From NCBI GenBank assembly GCA_963836235.1, contig CAWIIP010000004.1:889725-953724 (forward strand): a stretch of DNA of 64,000 nt, in the 5' to 3' direction. Below are positions 50,380 through 59,554 of the stretch, one piece after another. Source of the stretch: an uncultured Pseudomonadota bacterium (GTDB taxonomy: Bacteria > Oederibacteriota > Muellerivitia > Muellerivitales > Muellerivitaceae). The translations under genes were made by a program, and so were the position numbers. How positions within the stretch are numbered: the first letter of the stretch is position 1; every line of letters begins with the position of its first letter. Below the pieces are notes generated by a model that searched no databases, was not told the origin of the DNA, and saw nothing but the letters and a program-made list of their open reading frames with translations.

Positions 50380-50607
50380 ATGTCTGATTTTTCGTCGATC
50401 GGGAAATGGATCGTTTTAATGGGGTTGGTTCTGGCGGGGGTGGGGGTCCTTATTTGGGCCTCGGGTAAAATCCCTTTCCTGGGCCGCCTTCCCGGGGATC
50501 TGCGTTTTGAGGGCCCGAATTTTAAGTTTTATTTCCCCTTGGCGACTTGTCTTTTGCTTTCGGCGGCCGGTTCTTTACTCCTCTGGATTCTTTCCAAGTT
50601 TAAATGA
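50380..50607 (+). CDS. DUF2905 small membrane protein
   Basis: LGRLPGD...FKFYFPLATCLLLS. Confidence 0.9.
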   Translation: MSDFSSIGKWIVLMGLVLAGVGVLIWASGKIPFLGRLPGDLRFEGPNFKFYFPLATCLLLSAAGSLLLWILSKFK

Positions 50608-51800
50608 AAATGATTTATTTATTTTACGCACTCGTCCTGGTTTTGGAAGGCTGCGCGACACCCGGGGCCATCGCCCCCCCTTCGCCGGCTGTTTCGAAAA
50701 TTTCCTCTGAAACGCCCCCTTCGGATTTCACCGAGACCCAAGACGGCTTACCACAAATCCGGGTGGCCATCGCAGTCCGCCAAAGCTCGGTCCATTTGGC
50801 CGCTCCCGAGGAATTCGTCCTCTCCGGATTTCCATGGGGAACGCCCGTGGTCGAAAAGGGGGAAAACCGCTATCAGGAAATCACCCTCACCTCGGACCAA
50901 TTGGTCGCCCATAAGGCCTATATCGAACCGATGGGTGAGGGGCAAATCAAAGTCAACGGCAAGAGTTTTCGGGGATCGATGGAAATCGTCGAAGAGCCCC
51001 GGGGTACCCTCACGGTCATCAATCAGCTTCCCTTGGAAGAATATGTCATGGGCGTTTTGGCCGGGGAAATTCCCCGAAACTGGCCCCTGGAGGCGCTCAA
51101 GGCCCAAGCCGTCGCCGCGCGAACTTTCGCGGTATTGAACCGCGCGGAAGCCCGGGAAAAGGGCCAGCCCTATGACTTGGAAAATACCGCGCTGTTCCAG
51201 ATGTACCAGGGATCGGAACTGGTGAACGAGAATATCCGAAAAGCGGTTTTGGAAACGAAGGATGAAATCTTGACTTTCAACGGAAAGCCTATCGAGGCTT
51301 TTTTTCACTCCAATTGCGGCGGACGCACTTCCGGCGCTCTGGACGTGTGGAGCAAGGACCAGCCCTATTTGCAATCCGTTTCCTGTCCTTTCGGGAATAA
51401 CGGGGAACATTTCCGATGGAGATCGGAGATTTCCATCCCGGACATGATCCGCAAACTCAGGAGCGCCGGGCTTATCCTTGACGATGTGGTCAAAATCGAC
51501 GTCGTCTCCCGGGACGAAAGCCACCGCATTCAGGAACTGTCGATCATGGACGGGGAAGGATCCTGGAAAAAAATAAAGGGTTCGTCTTTCCGGATGGCCC
51601 TCGGGCCCGACCTGGTCCGCAGTACCCGTTTTGACGCCGTGGTTGGAAGAAATAAGGTGGTGTTCAATGGCAAGGGTTGGGGACATGGCGTGGGTCTCTG
51701 CCAAGAAGGGGCCTATGGAATGGCCTTGAAGGGCTATGGAGCCTTTGACATTTTGAGATATTATTACCGTGGCGTGATTCTGGAAAAAATGAAGGACTGA
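50604..51800 (+). CDS. SpoIID/LytB domain lytic transglycosylase-like lipoprotein
   Basis: LEGC lipobox, LEEYVMGVLAGE, EALKAQAVAART and GWGHGVGLCQEGA. Confidence 0.93.
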   Translation: MKMIYLFYALVLVLEGCATPGAIAPPSPAVSKISSETPPSDFTETQDGLPQIRVAIAVRQSSVHLAAPEEFVLSGFPWGTPVVEKGENRYQEITLTSDQLVAHKAYIEPMGEGQIKVNGKSFRGSMEIVEEPRGTLTVINQLPLEEYVMGVLAGEIPRNWPLEALKAQAVAARTFAVLNRAEAREKGQPYDLENTALFQMYQGSELVNENIRKAVLETKDEILTFNGKPIEAFFHSNCGGRTSGALDVWSKDQPYLQSVSCPFGNNGEHFRWRSEISIPDMIRKLRSAGLILDDVVKIDVVSRDESHRIQELSIMDGEGSWKKIKGSSFRMALGPDLVRSTRFDAVVGRNKVVFNGKGWGHGVGLCQEGAYGMALKGYGAFDILRYYYRGVILEKMKD

Positions 51801-51804
51801 TGAC

Positions 51805-52309
51805 GCCGCGAATGAGCGCGAATTTTCGCTATTAAAAGAGGAACTAATATTGCTGACGGGGACCGAACGGACGCAATTAAATTTATTTGCTAAAAGGGTG
51901 ATTGATTGCGCCTATGAAGTTGGAAAACATTTAAAGTATGGATATTTGGAAAAAGTTTATGAAAACGCCCTCGGTTATGAAATCAGTAAAACCGGTCTGA
52001 AAGTTGAACAACAAAAAAGTATCTTGGTGAAGTATAAGGAAGCCGTGGTTGGAAACTACACCGCGGATTTGTTGGTGGAAAACAGACTTTTGGTGGAGCT
52101 GAAGACGGCCAAGGGGATCGAAGACGCCCATATCGCCCAATGCTTAAATTATTTGACGGCCACGGATTTGAGAATCTGCCTGCTCATTAATTTCGGGGAA
52201 AGAAAAATTGAATTTAAAAGATTGGTTCATCAGTTTTAACCGGCGAATTTTGGCGCCGGTGTGGCCTGGGTTCAGTTTTTATTCGCGACAATTCGCGCTC
52301 ATTCGCGGC
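51805..52309. mobile_element. GxxExxY gene cassette bounded by 33-bp inverted repeats
   Basis: Left arm 51805-51837 and right arm 52277-52309. The outer 20 bp are perfect (GCCGCGAATGAGCGCGAATT); 3 mismatches overall. Confidence 0.6.
51850..52239 (+). CDS. GxxExxY protein (PD-(D/E)XK nuclease-like)
   Basis: GYLEKVY, ADLLVE...VELK, AQCLNYL and LLINFG. 129 aa. Confidence 0.95.
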   Translation: MLTGTERTQLNLFAKRVIDCAYEVGKHLKYGYLEKVYENALGYEISKTGLKVEQQKSILVKYKEAVVGNYTADLLVENRLLVELKTAKGIEDAHIAQCLNYLTATDLRICLLINFGERKIEFKRLVHQF

Positions 52310-52321
52310 TAGGGGGGGTTA

Positions 52322-53359
52322 ATGAAAACAAGCCTGTTTGACTATCACTTGCCGGCGGAACGAATCGCCCAACGGCCTTTGGAGAAAAGGGACGCTTCCC
52401 GCATGCTGGTTTTGGACCGTAAAACGGGGCGGGTGGATCACAGCTGGGTCAAGGATTTGCCAAAGTGGCTCCTGCCAAGTGATTTGATGGTGGTCAATCA
52501 GACCAAGGTTTTTCCCGCCCGTCTCTTCGCCACCAAGCCTGAAACGGGGGCCGAGATGGAAGTTTTCTTGCTGCGCCCCGCGATGGAAGGCTCAAGCGAT
52601 GAATGGGAAGCGCTCGTCAGCCCCGCCAAAAGGATTAAGGGCGTCACGATTTTAAAATTGAAACCCAAGGGGGAAGTCGCCGTTTTGGAATCCCTGGGCG
52701 AGGGACACTTCATCGTCCGGCTGAATTGGGTGGGAAATGTCAAAAAATTCCTGGCCCAACACGGCCACGTTCCCCTGCCTCCCTACATCAAACGCAAGGA
52801 CGACAGCGCGGACCGGGAAAGATACCAGACCCTTTTCGCCAAAAAAGAGGGGTCGGTGGCGGCCCCGACGGCGGGACTTCATTTCACTCCCGGCCTTCTC
52901 TCCACCCTCAAATTAAAGGGGATCAAGCAAGCCTCGGTTACTTTACATGTGGGATTGGGGACCTTTCTGCCCGTTTCCTCCGACGACGTGGAAGAACATA
53001 TCATGCATCCCGAAAGGTTCGAGGTTTCCGCCGCCGCGGCCAAGGCCATCCAGAAAACAAAGAATCAACATGGAAGAATCGTGGCGATTGGAACGACGGT
53101 CGTGAGGGCGCTCGAGTCGGCGGTAGAGCCGGATGGAAACTTCAAAACCGAAGCGGATGAGACGAGGATCTTCATTTCCCCCGGCTACAACTTCAAGGCG
53201 GTGGACGTCCTTTTCACTAATTTTCACCAACCCCGGTCCACTTTGCTCATGCTGGTATCCGCTTTCGCGGGCAGGGAAAGGGTTTTGGCGGCCTATGAGG
53301 AAGCCTTGCGGGAAGGCTATCGCTTCCTCTCTTATGGGGACGCCATGTTGATTCTCTAA
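52322..53359 (+). CDS. queA: S-adenosylmethionine:tRNA ribosyltransferase-isomerase QueA
   Basis: FDYHLP..RIAQ, PLPPYI, SVAAPTAGLHF, LHVGLGTF and YRFLSYGDAM. Confidence 0.98.
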   Translation: MKTSLFDYHLPAERIAQRPLEKRDASRMLVLDRKTGRVDHSWVKDLPKWLLPSDLMVVNQTKVFPARLFATKPETGAEMEVFLLRPAMEGSSDEWEALVSPAKRIKGVTILKLKPKGEVAVLESLGEGHFIVRLNWVGNVKKFLAQHGHVPLPPYIKRKDDSADRERYQTLFAKKEGSVAAPTAGLHFTPGLLSTLKLKGIKQASVTLHVGLGTFLPVSSDDVEEHIMHPERFEVSAAAAKAIQKTKNQHGRIVAIGTTVVRALESAVEPDGNFKTEADETRIFISPGYNFKAVDVLFTNFHQPRSTLLMLVSAFAGRERVLAAYEEALREGYRFLSYGDAMLIL

Positions 53360-53378
53360 TCGGCCGCCCCGCCGATTT

Positions 53379-53804
53379 TTACTGTTTATTCACCATCCAG
53401 GCCGAGAAATCCCTCAAAAAATCTTTGAAGCCCTCGAGGTGCTCAAGAGGGAATTGATATTTGGAATCCGCATTCTCCAGCGTTTTCATAAAACAATCCA
53501 GCCAGGTTTGGCGGGCCCTTTCGTCGATCTCGAAAGGCAAATGGCGCGCCCGCATCCGGGGAGGGCCGTGGTCGATCACATAAAGGGGCGGCCCGCCCAA
53601 AACTTGGACAAAAAACTTGGCCGATTTATGGGAAGCCTCCTTCATGTCGGGCGGAAACAAAGACCGGATCGCCGACTTTTCCAGTTCCCCGTAAAAATCC
53701 TCCAGCATCTTAAAGATATTCTCCTCACCCATGAGGGCGTAAATGTCCCGGCTGGGGCCCGATTGGGGCGGGCCGCTGGGCGGGGTATAGATGGGTCGTT
53801 CCAT
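53379..53804 (-). CDS. Truncated hemoglobin (group II-like globin)
   Basis: DFY, F..VLGGPPLY...HGPPRMRARHLPFEI....RQTWLDCF and WMVN. Confidence 0.88.
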   Translation of the reverse strand: MERPIYTPPSGPPQSGPSRDIYALMGEENIFKMLEDFYGELEKSAIRSLFPPDMKEASHKSAKFFVQVLGGPPLYVIDHGPPRMRARHLPFEIDERARQTWLDCFMKTLENADSKYQFPLEHLEGFKDFLRDFSAWMVNKQ

Positions 53805-53878
53805 AGGCTAATTTTACAATAGGAGTCCCGGAAAGCCCTGTAAGATAATCGGGTTTCGGAACTTCCCAGGGATGGACT

Positions 53879-56020
53879 ATGCCCCTTCAAAAAGAAAAAC
53901 TCCTCGGTTTTTTCCCCCCGGCCTGCCTTTTGGCGGCCTGGGCCTGGTTCCATCACCAGGTTCTTTTCGGCGGGAACGCCTTTGTCTTGGAGGACTCCTC
54001 CCGGTTTTTCTTTCCCCTCTGGAAATGGGGGTCCCTTGTCTGGGCCCAGGGCGGGATACCCCTTTGGAATCCGGATGCCGCCTTCGGAACCCCTTATCTC
54101 GCCGATCCCCAAATGGCGGCCTGGTACCCGCCGGTCTTTCTTTTCTACCGGGCCTTCAACCCCGTCACCGCCTTCAACCTTCTCATCGCCTTTCACCATC
54201 TCTTCGCCCTTTTGGGCTTATACCTTTTCGCCCGACATAAGGGCTACTCCCGGCCCACCGCCCTGGCTGGCGCTTTGGTCTTCGGCTTTTCCTTCAACGC
54301 CATCAGTTTGATTTGGGCTTCCCCCATGCTTTTCACTTTCGCCTGGATTCCCTGGAACTTCCTGGCGGCCCATGGTTTAAGGAGCGATCAAAAGGGCTCC
54401 TTTTTATTCTTAAGCCTCACCCTGGCCATGCAGTTGGCGGCGGGTTACCCCCTCTTCTTTTACCTGACCCTCTTAACCCTTTTGTTGGAATGGATTTTTG
54501 AGATTAAAAGCGCGTGGAATTGGAAAAGGGATATTCTCCTGGGCTCCGGGTCCCTGGCCCTCGCCCTTCTTTACAACTCGGCCTGGCTTTTGCCTTTCAG
54601 GGAATTCATCCCCTTGAGCAACCTGACCCAAAGGGCTTCCTTTTCCGAATCCCTGGGCTGGGGGGACTTGGCCAGCTGGGTGAATCCCTTTTTAAAAGGC
54701 CATCCCCTCTATTCCCATCCCGGCACGCCCTTTTCCGTGACCGTTTATTTCGCCGGGCTGCCCCTGCTGGTCCTGGTGGCTTGGGGGATCGCCACCCGAA
54801 AGGCCCGCTCCAGCACCCTCTCTTTATTTTTGCTGATCCTCCTTTTAAGCCTGGGCGACACCGGGTTTTTAGGCGGTTGGCTTAAAAGCTTATTCCCGGG
54901 TTATTTTTTAGTGGTCCGGTCCGGCTATTGGATTCCTTTCGTGATTTGGGCCGCCTTGAGGGTCTTTCTGGAAACCGAAAATGCCATTTCATTCCCGGAA
55001 GAAGAAAACCACCGGTTCTCGGCGGGGTTATGGGTCTTGTTCGTTCTATTGGTTTATGGGGCCGCCCTGGCCTGGGGAGTGCCTTGGGATTTAACGGCTT
55101 TTTGGATTTCCCTCGCCTGTTTGTTAGCCGCCGTGCCGGGGCCTTCTTTTTCAAGGCTTCGGCCGGTTTTTTTGACCGCGGCCATTCTTTTTTCCCTTTG
55201 GCCCGCGGCCCGCGGCATGAACTTCACGATGGGCAGGTCCTATTACGAGGACCCGCCGCCGGTCTTGTCCCAAATGGCCCTGCCGGGGCGGCTTTACCAA
55301 TCGTCCGGGTGGGTCGACTCCACCAAAACCATATCGGGACAAAGCGTTTCGGACGCCTATGAAAAGTTAAAGCAAAAACTCCCTCCCAACAGCCCCCTGG
55401 CTTGGGGAAGGGAAGAGGTTTCATTCCCCAATTCCTTGTTCCTGAACTCTTTCTTGAAATGGTATTTATGGACGGACCATCGGGACGCGAAAACCTCGCG
55501 CCAATTCCTGGACTATCTCAATGTCCGGTATGAAATGGGGAATTCAGATTCATGGCTGGAAAACCCCAACTGTCTTCCCAAGTGGTTTTCCGTCGCCAAG
55601 GCCTTGCCCTTTCCCAAAAACCAGGCGGTGGAGGGGGCCCTATTGAACCCCCGTTTAAATTTAAGAAAAGAATGCTTTGTGATGGATGAATCCAAGGCGG
55701 GTGATTATCATCTGCGCTCCGTGGAGGAGTTGGGGCGAGGGGCTGGCCGGGTCCATTTGAGAGCCTCCGGCCGGGGTAGGGGCTTCCTGGTTTCCAGCGA
55801 GACGGCCTATCCGGGCTGGCGGGCCAAGGTGGAGGGGAAAGAAAGGCCTCTGGAGGTGGTAAACCTAGCCTTCCGGGGAATCCGGTTGGAAGAGGGCGAG
55901 GAAGATGTCCAACTCACCTACGCTCCCACCACTTTCCGGTTGGGCTGTTTCCTTTCCTTGTGCGTTTGCGGGATATGGTTTGGGTCGATATTGAGAATCT
56001 TGAGGGGCCGTCATGCATGA
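53879..56020 (+). CDS. YfhO-family multi-pass membrane protein (GT-C glycosyltransferase-like)
   Basis: PLWNP...GTPYLADPQ...YP and C-terminal SETAYPGWRAKVEG...FRGI...Y.P. Confidence 0.82.
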   Translation: MPLQKEKLLGFFPPACLLAAWAWFHHQVLFGGNAFVLEDSSRFFFPLWKWGSLVWAQGGIPLWNPDAAFGTPYLADPQMAAWYPPVFLFYRAFNPVTAFNLLIAFHHLFALLGLYLFARHKGYSRPTALAGALVFGFSFNAISLIWASPMLFTFAWIPWNFLAAHGLRSDQKGSFLFLSLTLAMQLAAGYPLFFYLTLLTLLLEWIFEIKSAWNWKRDILLGSGSLALALLYNSAWLLPFREFIPLSNLTQRASFSESLGWGDLASWVNPFLKGHPLYSHPGTPFSVTVYFAGLPLLVLVAWGIATRKARSSTLSLFLLILLLSLGDTGFLGGWLKSLFPGYFLVVRSGYWIPFVIWAALRVFLETENAISFPEEENHRFSAGLWVLFVLLVYGAALAWGVPWDLTAFWISLACLLAAVPGPSFSRLRPVFLTAAILFSLWPAARGMNFTMGRSYYEDPPPVLSQMALPGRLYQSSGWVDSTKTISGQSVSDAYEKLKQKLPPNSPLAWGREEVSFPNSLFLNSFLKWYLWTDHRDAKTSRQFLDYLNVRYEMGNSDSWLENPNCLPKWFSVAKALPFPKNQAVEGALLNPRLNLRKECFVMDESKAGDYHLRSVEELGRGAGRVHLRASGRGRGFLVSSETAYPGWRAKVEGKERPLEVVNLAFRGIRLEEGEEDVQLTYAPTTFRLGCFLSLCVCGIWFGSILRILRGRHA

Positions 56021-57155
56021 ATTCAAAATAACCACGAAAGACACCAAAACTTCCGCGCGAACGGGTGTCTTGAAACTGCCCCATGGCGAGGTCCAGACGC
56101 CCTGTTATATGCCGGTGGGCACCCAGGCCACGGTCAAGGCCCTCTCGCCTGAGGATGTTTTAGCCTGCGGCTCCGAGATACTCCTGGCCAATACCTACCA
56201 TTTGATGCTTCGGCCCGGCGCGGCCCTCATTGAAAAAGCCGGAGGGCTTCACGCCTTCATGCATTGGGAAAAGCCCATCCTCACCGACAGCGGGGGCTTC
56301 CAGGTTTTCAGCCTGGCCGACTTGCGCCAAATCACCGAGGAAGGCGTCAGCTTTCAATCGCATTTGGACGGCAGCAAATGGCAAATGACGCCTGAGTCCG
56401 CCACCGGCCTCCAGCACCAAATCGGAGCGGATATCATCATGGCCTTTGACGAATGCATCCCCTATCCCTCCCCTGAGGAATATGTGGACCAGTCGGTGGA
56501 GCGCACCACCCGCTGGGCGCGAAGATGCCTGGAAACCCACCGCAAAGCCGGTAAGGAAACCTCCCAATTCCTTTATGGCATTGTTCAGGGCTCCAACTTT
56601 CCCCACTTGAGGGAGAAAAGCGCGAAGCAACTTCTGGCCCTCGACTTTCCGGGCTACGCCATCGGGGGCGTTTCGGTCGGGGAGCCCAAGGAAGTCATTT
56701 ATGGGGTGGTGGAAAAAACAGCGCCCTATCTTCCCGAGGAGAAGCCCCGCTATCTCATGGGGGTGGGGACGCCGGAGGATCTTTGGGAATGCGTGGAGCG
56801 GGGGATGGATCTCTTCGATTGCGTCATGCCCACCCGCATCGCCCGCAACGGAACGGCCCTCACCCGCAAGGGAAGGGTCATTTTGAAAAACGCCCAATAT
56901 GCCGAGGACTTTTCCCCCCTGGACCCCCAATGTTCCTGCGAGTGCTGCCGCCTTTACACCAAGGCCTACCTGAGGCACCTTTTTATGGCGGAGGAGCTAT
57001 TGGTTCTGCGGCTGGTCAGCCTGCATAATCTCCAGTTCATGACGGATGTCACGAAAATGATCCGCGAGGCGGTTCACCAAGGAAATTTTTCCGAAGCCAA
57101 GAAGCAATTCTTGGGGGATTATTTTGCGGATTCCCCCAAGTCCCGGCCTACTTGA
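56013..57155 (+). CDS. tgt: tRNA-guanine transglycosylase Tgt
   Basis: TPCYMPVGT, LANTYHL, TDSGGFQVFSL, GIVQG, PRYLMGVG and CSCECC zinc site. Confidence 0.98.
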   Translation: MHEFKITTKDTKTSARTGVLKLPHGEVQTPCYMPVGTQATVKALSPEDVLACGSEILLANTYHLMLRPGAALIEKAGGLHAFMHWEKPILTDSGGFQVFSLADLRQITEEGVSFQSHLDGSKWQMTPESATGLQHQIGADIIMAFDECIPYPSPEEYVDQSVERTTRWARRCLETHRKAGKETSQFLYGIVQGSNFPHLREKSAKQLLALDFPGYAIGGVSVGEPKEVIYGVVEKTAPYLPEEKPRYLMGVGTPEDLWECVERGMDLFDCVMPTRIARNGTALTRKGRVILKNAQYAEDFSPLDPQCSCECCRLYTKAYLRHLFMAEELLVLRLVSLHNLQFMTDVTKMIREAVHQGNFSEAKKQFLGDYFADSPKSRPT

Positions 57156-57189
57156 TGGATTTTCCGCCAGTCCGCCGGTAAGTTGAGCG

Positions 57190-57219
57190 TTGCGGCTGAT
57201 CTTGGCCCCCGCTTATAAT
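57190..57219 (+). promoter_or_regulatory. Candidate sigma70 promoter of accA
   Basis: TTGCGG-N18-TATAAT. Confidence 0.4.
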
Positions 57220-57245
57220 GTGCCCTCACTTAAAACGAAGGATTC

Positions 57246-58112
57246 GTGAAATTGAAAAAGATTAAAAAAGTCACCCCGCCCAAGGCAAAAAAGAAGCCGG
57301 TCGAAAAAGGCGTCTCCCTTTCCTGGCAAAAGGTCCAATTGGCCCGGCATCCCCAGCGGCCCTTTGCCATGGATTACATCCAACGCGTCTTCACGGATTT
57401 CGAGGAAATCCGGGGGGATAGGGCCTTCGGCAATGACCAGGCGATCGTGGCGGGGTTCGCTTTCCTCGGGGACCAGCCCGTTTTCGTCATGGGGCACCAA
57501 AAGGGCAGGGACACCAAAGAAAACATCCTCCGCAATTTTGGAATGCCCAATCCGGAAGGCTATCGAAAGGCCCTTCGAATCCTCAAATTGGCCGAAAAAT
57601 TCAAGAAACCCATCATCACCCTGATCGACACGCCGGGAGCCTACCCGGGCTTGGGCGGCGAGGAGAGGGGCCAATCGGAGGCCATCGCGCGCAATCTCCT
57701 GGAAATGGCGAAGTTGCGGGTTCCTATTATCGCGGTCGTCACGGGAGAGGGCGGCAGCGGCGGCGCCTTGGGCATCGGCGTGGCCAACAAGATTTTGATC
57801 CTGGAGAACTCGGTTTATTCCGTGATTTCCCCCGAAGGCTGCGCGGCCATCCTCTGGAACGACCGGGCCCGCATGCAGGAAGCCGCGGAGGCGATGAAGA
57901 TGACGGCCCCCGACCTTCTCCAGCTCAAGATCGTGGACGAGATCATTCCCGAACCGGAAGGCGGGGCCCATTTGAACCACGAACTGGCGGCGCAAAACCT
58001 GAAAAAGGCCCTGGAAAAGAACTTGAAAGCCCTGTTATCGATGTCCCCCGCCGCCCTGGAAGCCCAACGATACGAGAAGTTCCGCGCCATGGGAGTTTTC
58101 CAAGAAAAGTAG
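57246..58112 (+). CDS. accA: Acetyl-CoA carboxylase carboxyltransferase alpha
   Basis: [38 protein letters not shown] and [13 protein letters not shown]. Confidence 0.97.
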   Translation: MKLKKIKKVTPPKAKKKPVEKGVSLSWQKVQLARHPQRPFAMDYIQRVFTDFEEIRGDRAFGNDQAIVAGFAFLGDQPVFVMGHQKGRDTKENILRNFGMPNPEGYRKALRILKLAEKFKKPIITLIDTPGAYPGLGGEERGQSEAIARNLLEMAKLRVPIIAVVTGEGGSGGALGIGVANKILILENSVYSVISPEGCAAILWNDRARMQEAAEAMKMTAPDLLQLKIVDEIIPEPEGGAHLNHELAAQNLKKALEKNLKALLSMSPAALEAQRYEKFRAMGVFQEK

Positions 58113-58148
58113 TTTCCTAGAAAAACCTAAAGAAAAACCAAAAGGCTC

Positions 58149-58270
58149 TTGAACCACCAAGGGCACCAAGGGCACCAAGAACGACGAAAGGCAAAGATGT
58201 TGAATTATTTTTTTAAACCCCATTTTGATTTTCGGTTTTCTTGGTGCTCTTGGTGTCCTTGGTGGTTCAA
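58149..58270. repeat. ~120-bp palindromic element, copy 1 (33-nt arms built of 9-nt CACCAAGGG units)
   Basis: Arms 58149-58181 and 58238-58270 pair fully, with two G-U pairs. Confidence 0.9.
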
Positions 58271-58952
58271 TGGATTTTTGCTGTGTGCCTTTCTTTTTGC
58301 CCCCTCCTTTGGTTTTACCAAGCCGCTGGTGGTTTTGGACGCGGCCCATGGCGGGACTGATTTGGGGGTCAAGGCCGGGTCGGAAGTGGAGAAAGAATGG
58401 AATTATAAGTTTTCCCAATCCCTCGAAAGGGCCCTGCAGGGACTGGGCTTTGACGTGCTGGAGGTCCGCAAAAGGGACGAGACCATTTCCCAAGAGAAGC
58501 GCGCGGAAATCATCAACACCTCCCAGGCTTCCGCCGTGATCGTGATTCACGCGGATGGCGATTGGACCGGAACCCAGAGGGGGCCGATGATCGTGGTGGA
58601 ACCCCCCACCCAAGGAACCGAATTTCCCGATATCGCCAAGTGGGGCGCCATTACCCCCTCCCATTACCGGGCCAGCCTGAAATTAGCCCGGGACATCGCG
58701 GAAACACTCGGGATCGGCGCCGAGTTGTCCAATCTTTCGGACAGCCGGGGCGTTCTGGGCGAAAAAACCTCCGCCTCGGGCCGCCTCTATTGCCTGCCGC
58801 ACCAAAGCCTGAGGTATTTGAGCCTGCCCGCGGTGGTTTTGACCCCCCTGTTCCTGACTTCTTCCCCGGATCTTCGGAAGTTTTCCAGCGCGGAGGGGAT
58901 GGCTAATTTTTCGGCCAAGGTGGCCCAGGGAATAGCGAATTTCCTGCAATAA
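58197..58952 (+). CDS. Amidase_3-fold (N-acetylmuramoyl-L-alanine amidase-like) protein; start uncertain (58149 TTG or 58197 ATG)
   Basis: VVLDAAHGGTD, EKEWN, R..IIN and VIHAD. The catalytic Glu position reads PAVVLTPLF. Confidence 0.75.
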   Translation: MLNYFFKPHFDFRFSWCSWCPWWFNGFLLCAFLFAPSFGFTKPLVVLDAAHGGTDLGVKAGSEVEKEWNYKFSQSLERALQGLGFDVLEVRKRDETISQEKRAEIINTSQASAVIVIHADGDWTGTQRGPMIVVEPPTQGTEFPDIAKWGAITPSHYRASLKLARDIAETLGIGAELSNLSDSRGVLGEKTSASGRLYCLPHQSLRYLSLPAVVLTPLFLTSSPDLRKFSSAEGMANFSAKVAQGIANFLQ

Positions 58953-58969
58953 GGAACGCGACGGATAAA

Positions 58970-59545
58970 ATGAATAAAAACCTGATGGTTAAAATTTTAA
59001 TCTCGCTAACCCTTTTTTGCGTTTCCATCGGAGCCATCGATTTGGTCTTCCGCTGGGTTCGCTCCCTGTCGAAGATCACGCCCGTCCATAACGCCGCCCA
59101 TTCGCCCCTCTACGAACCGGGGGATAAGCCCACCACGATTTTTGTCAAAGAGGTGGAGGTTGAAAGCGGGAAAAGCATCAATGAAGGCATGGTGATCCAC
59201 GAAAGCAAGATCCGGGCGAACCAGATGCAGCAGGCAGTCGAGGCCTATTTGCAGGGCCCCCGGACGGGGCGGCTGCAGGTGCCGGTTCCGGAGGGAATGG
59301 CCATGAACGAGTTTTATTTCACCCCCTCCGGCGCCGCCGTCGTGGATTTATCCATCGCCCAGGTGCAAAAGGAAAGGGTGGGTTTTTATGATGAGGCCCT
59401 TTTCATCCGGGGGCTGATCGAGACTTTAACCAATAATTTCTTCGAGGTGAAGCAAGTCAAGGTGTTGGTGGAAGGGCAGGATGTGCCGACGGTTCTGGGC
59501 CACTATGCCTTGGGCACCTCGGAAGCCAGCCTGCCGGTTAAATAA
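58970..59545 (+). CDS. GerMN domain protein
   Basis: N-terminal TM, YLQGP...VPEG...AVVDLS...E......TLT.NF.EVKQVKVLVEG...GH. Confidence 0.85.
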   Translation: MNKNLMVKILISLTLFCVSIGAIDLVFRWVRSLSKITPVHNAAHSPLYEPGDKPTTIFVKEVEVESGKSINEGMVIHESKIRANQMQQAVEAYLQGPRTGRLQVPVPEGMAMNEFYFTPSGAAVVDLSIAQVQKERVGFYDEALFIRGLIETLTNNFFEVKQVKVLVEGQDVPTVLGHYALGTSEASLPVK

Positions 59546-59554
59546 AAAGGCGGG

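Noticed and set aside
56029-56050. TAACCACGAAAGACACCAAAAC in the tgt 5' end resembles a left arm of the 58-59 kb element
   Set aside because: It encodes an ordinary Tgt N-terminus (ITTKDTKT) and no partner right arm is seen.
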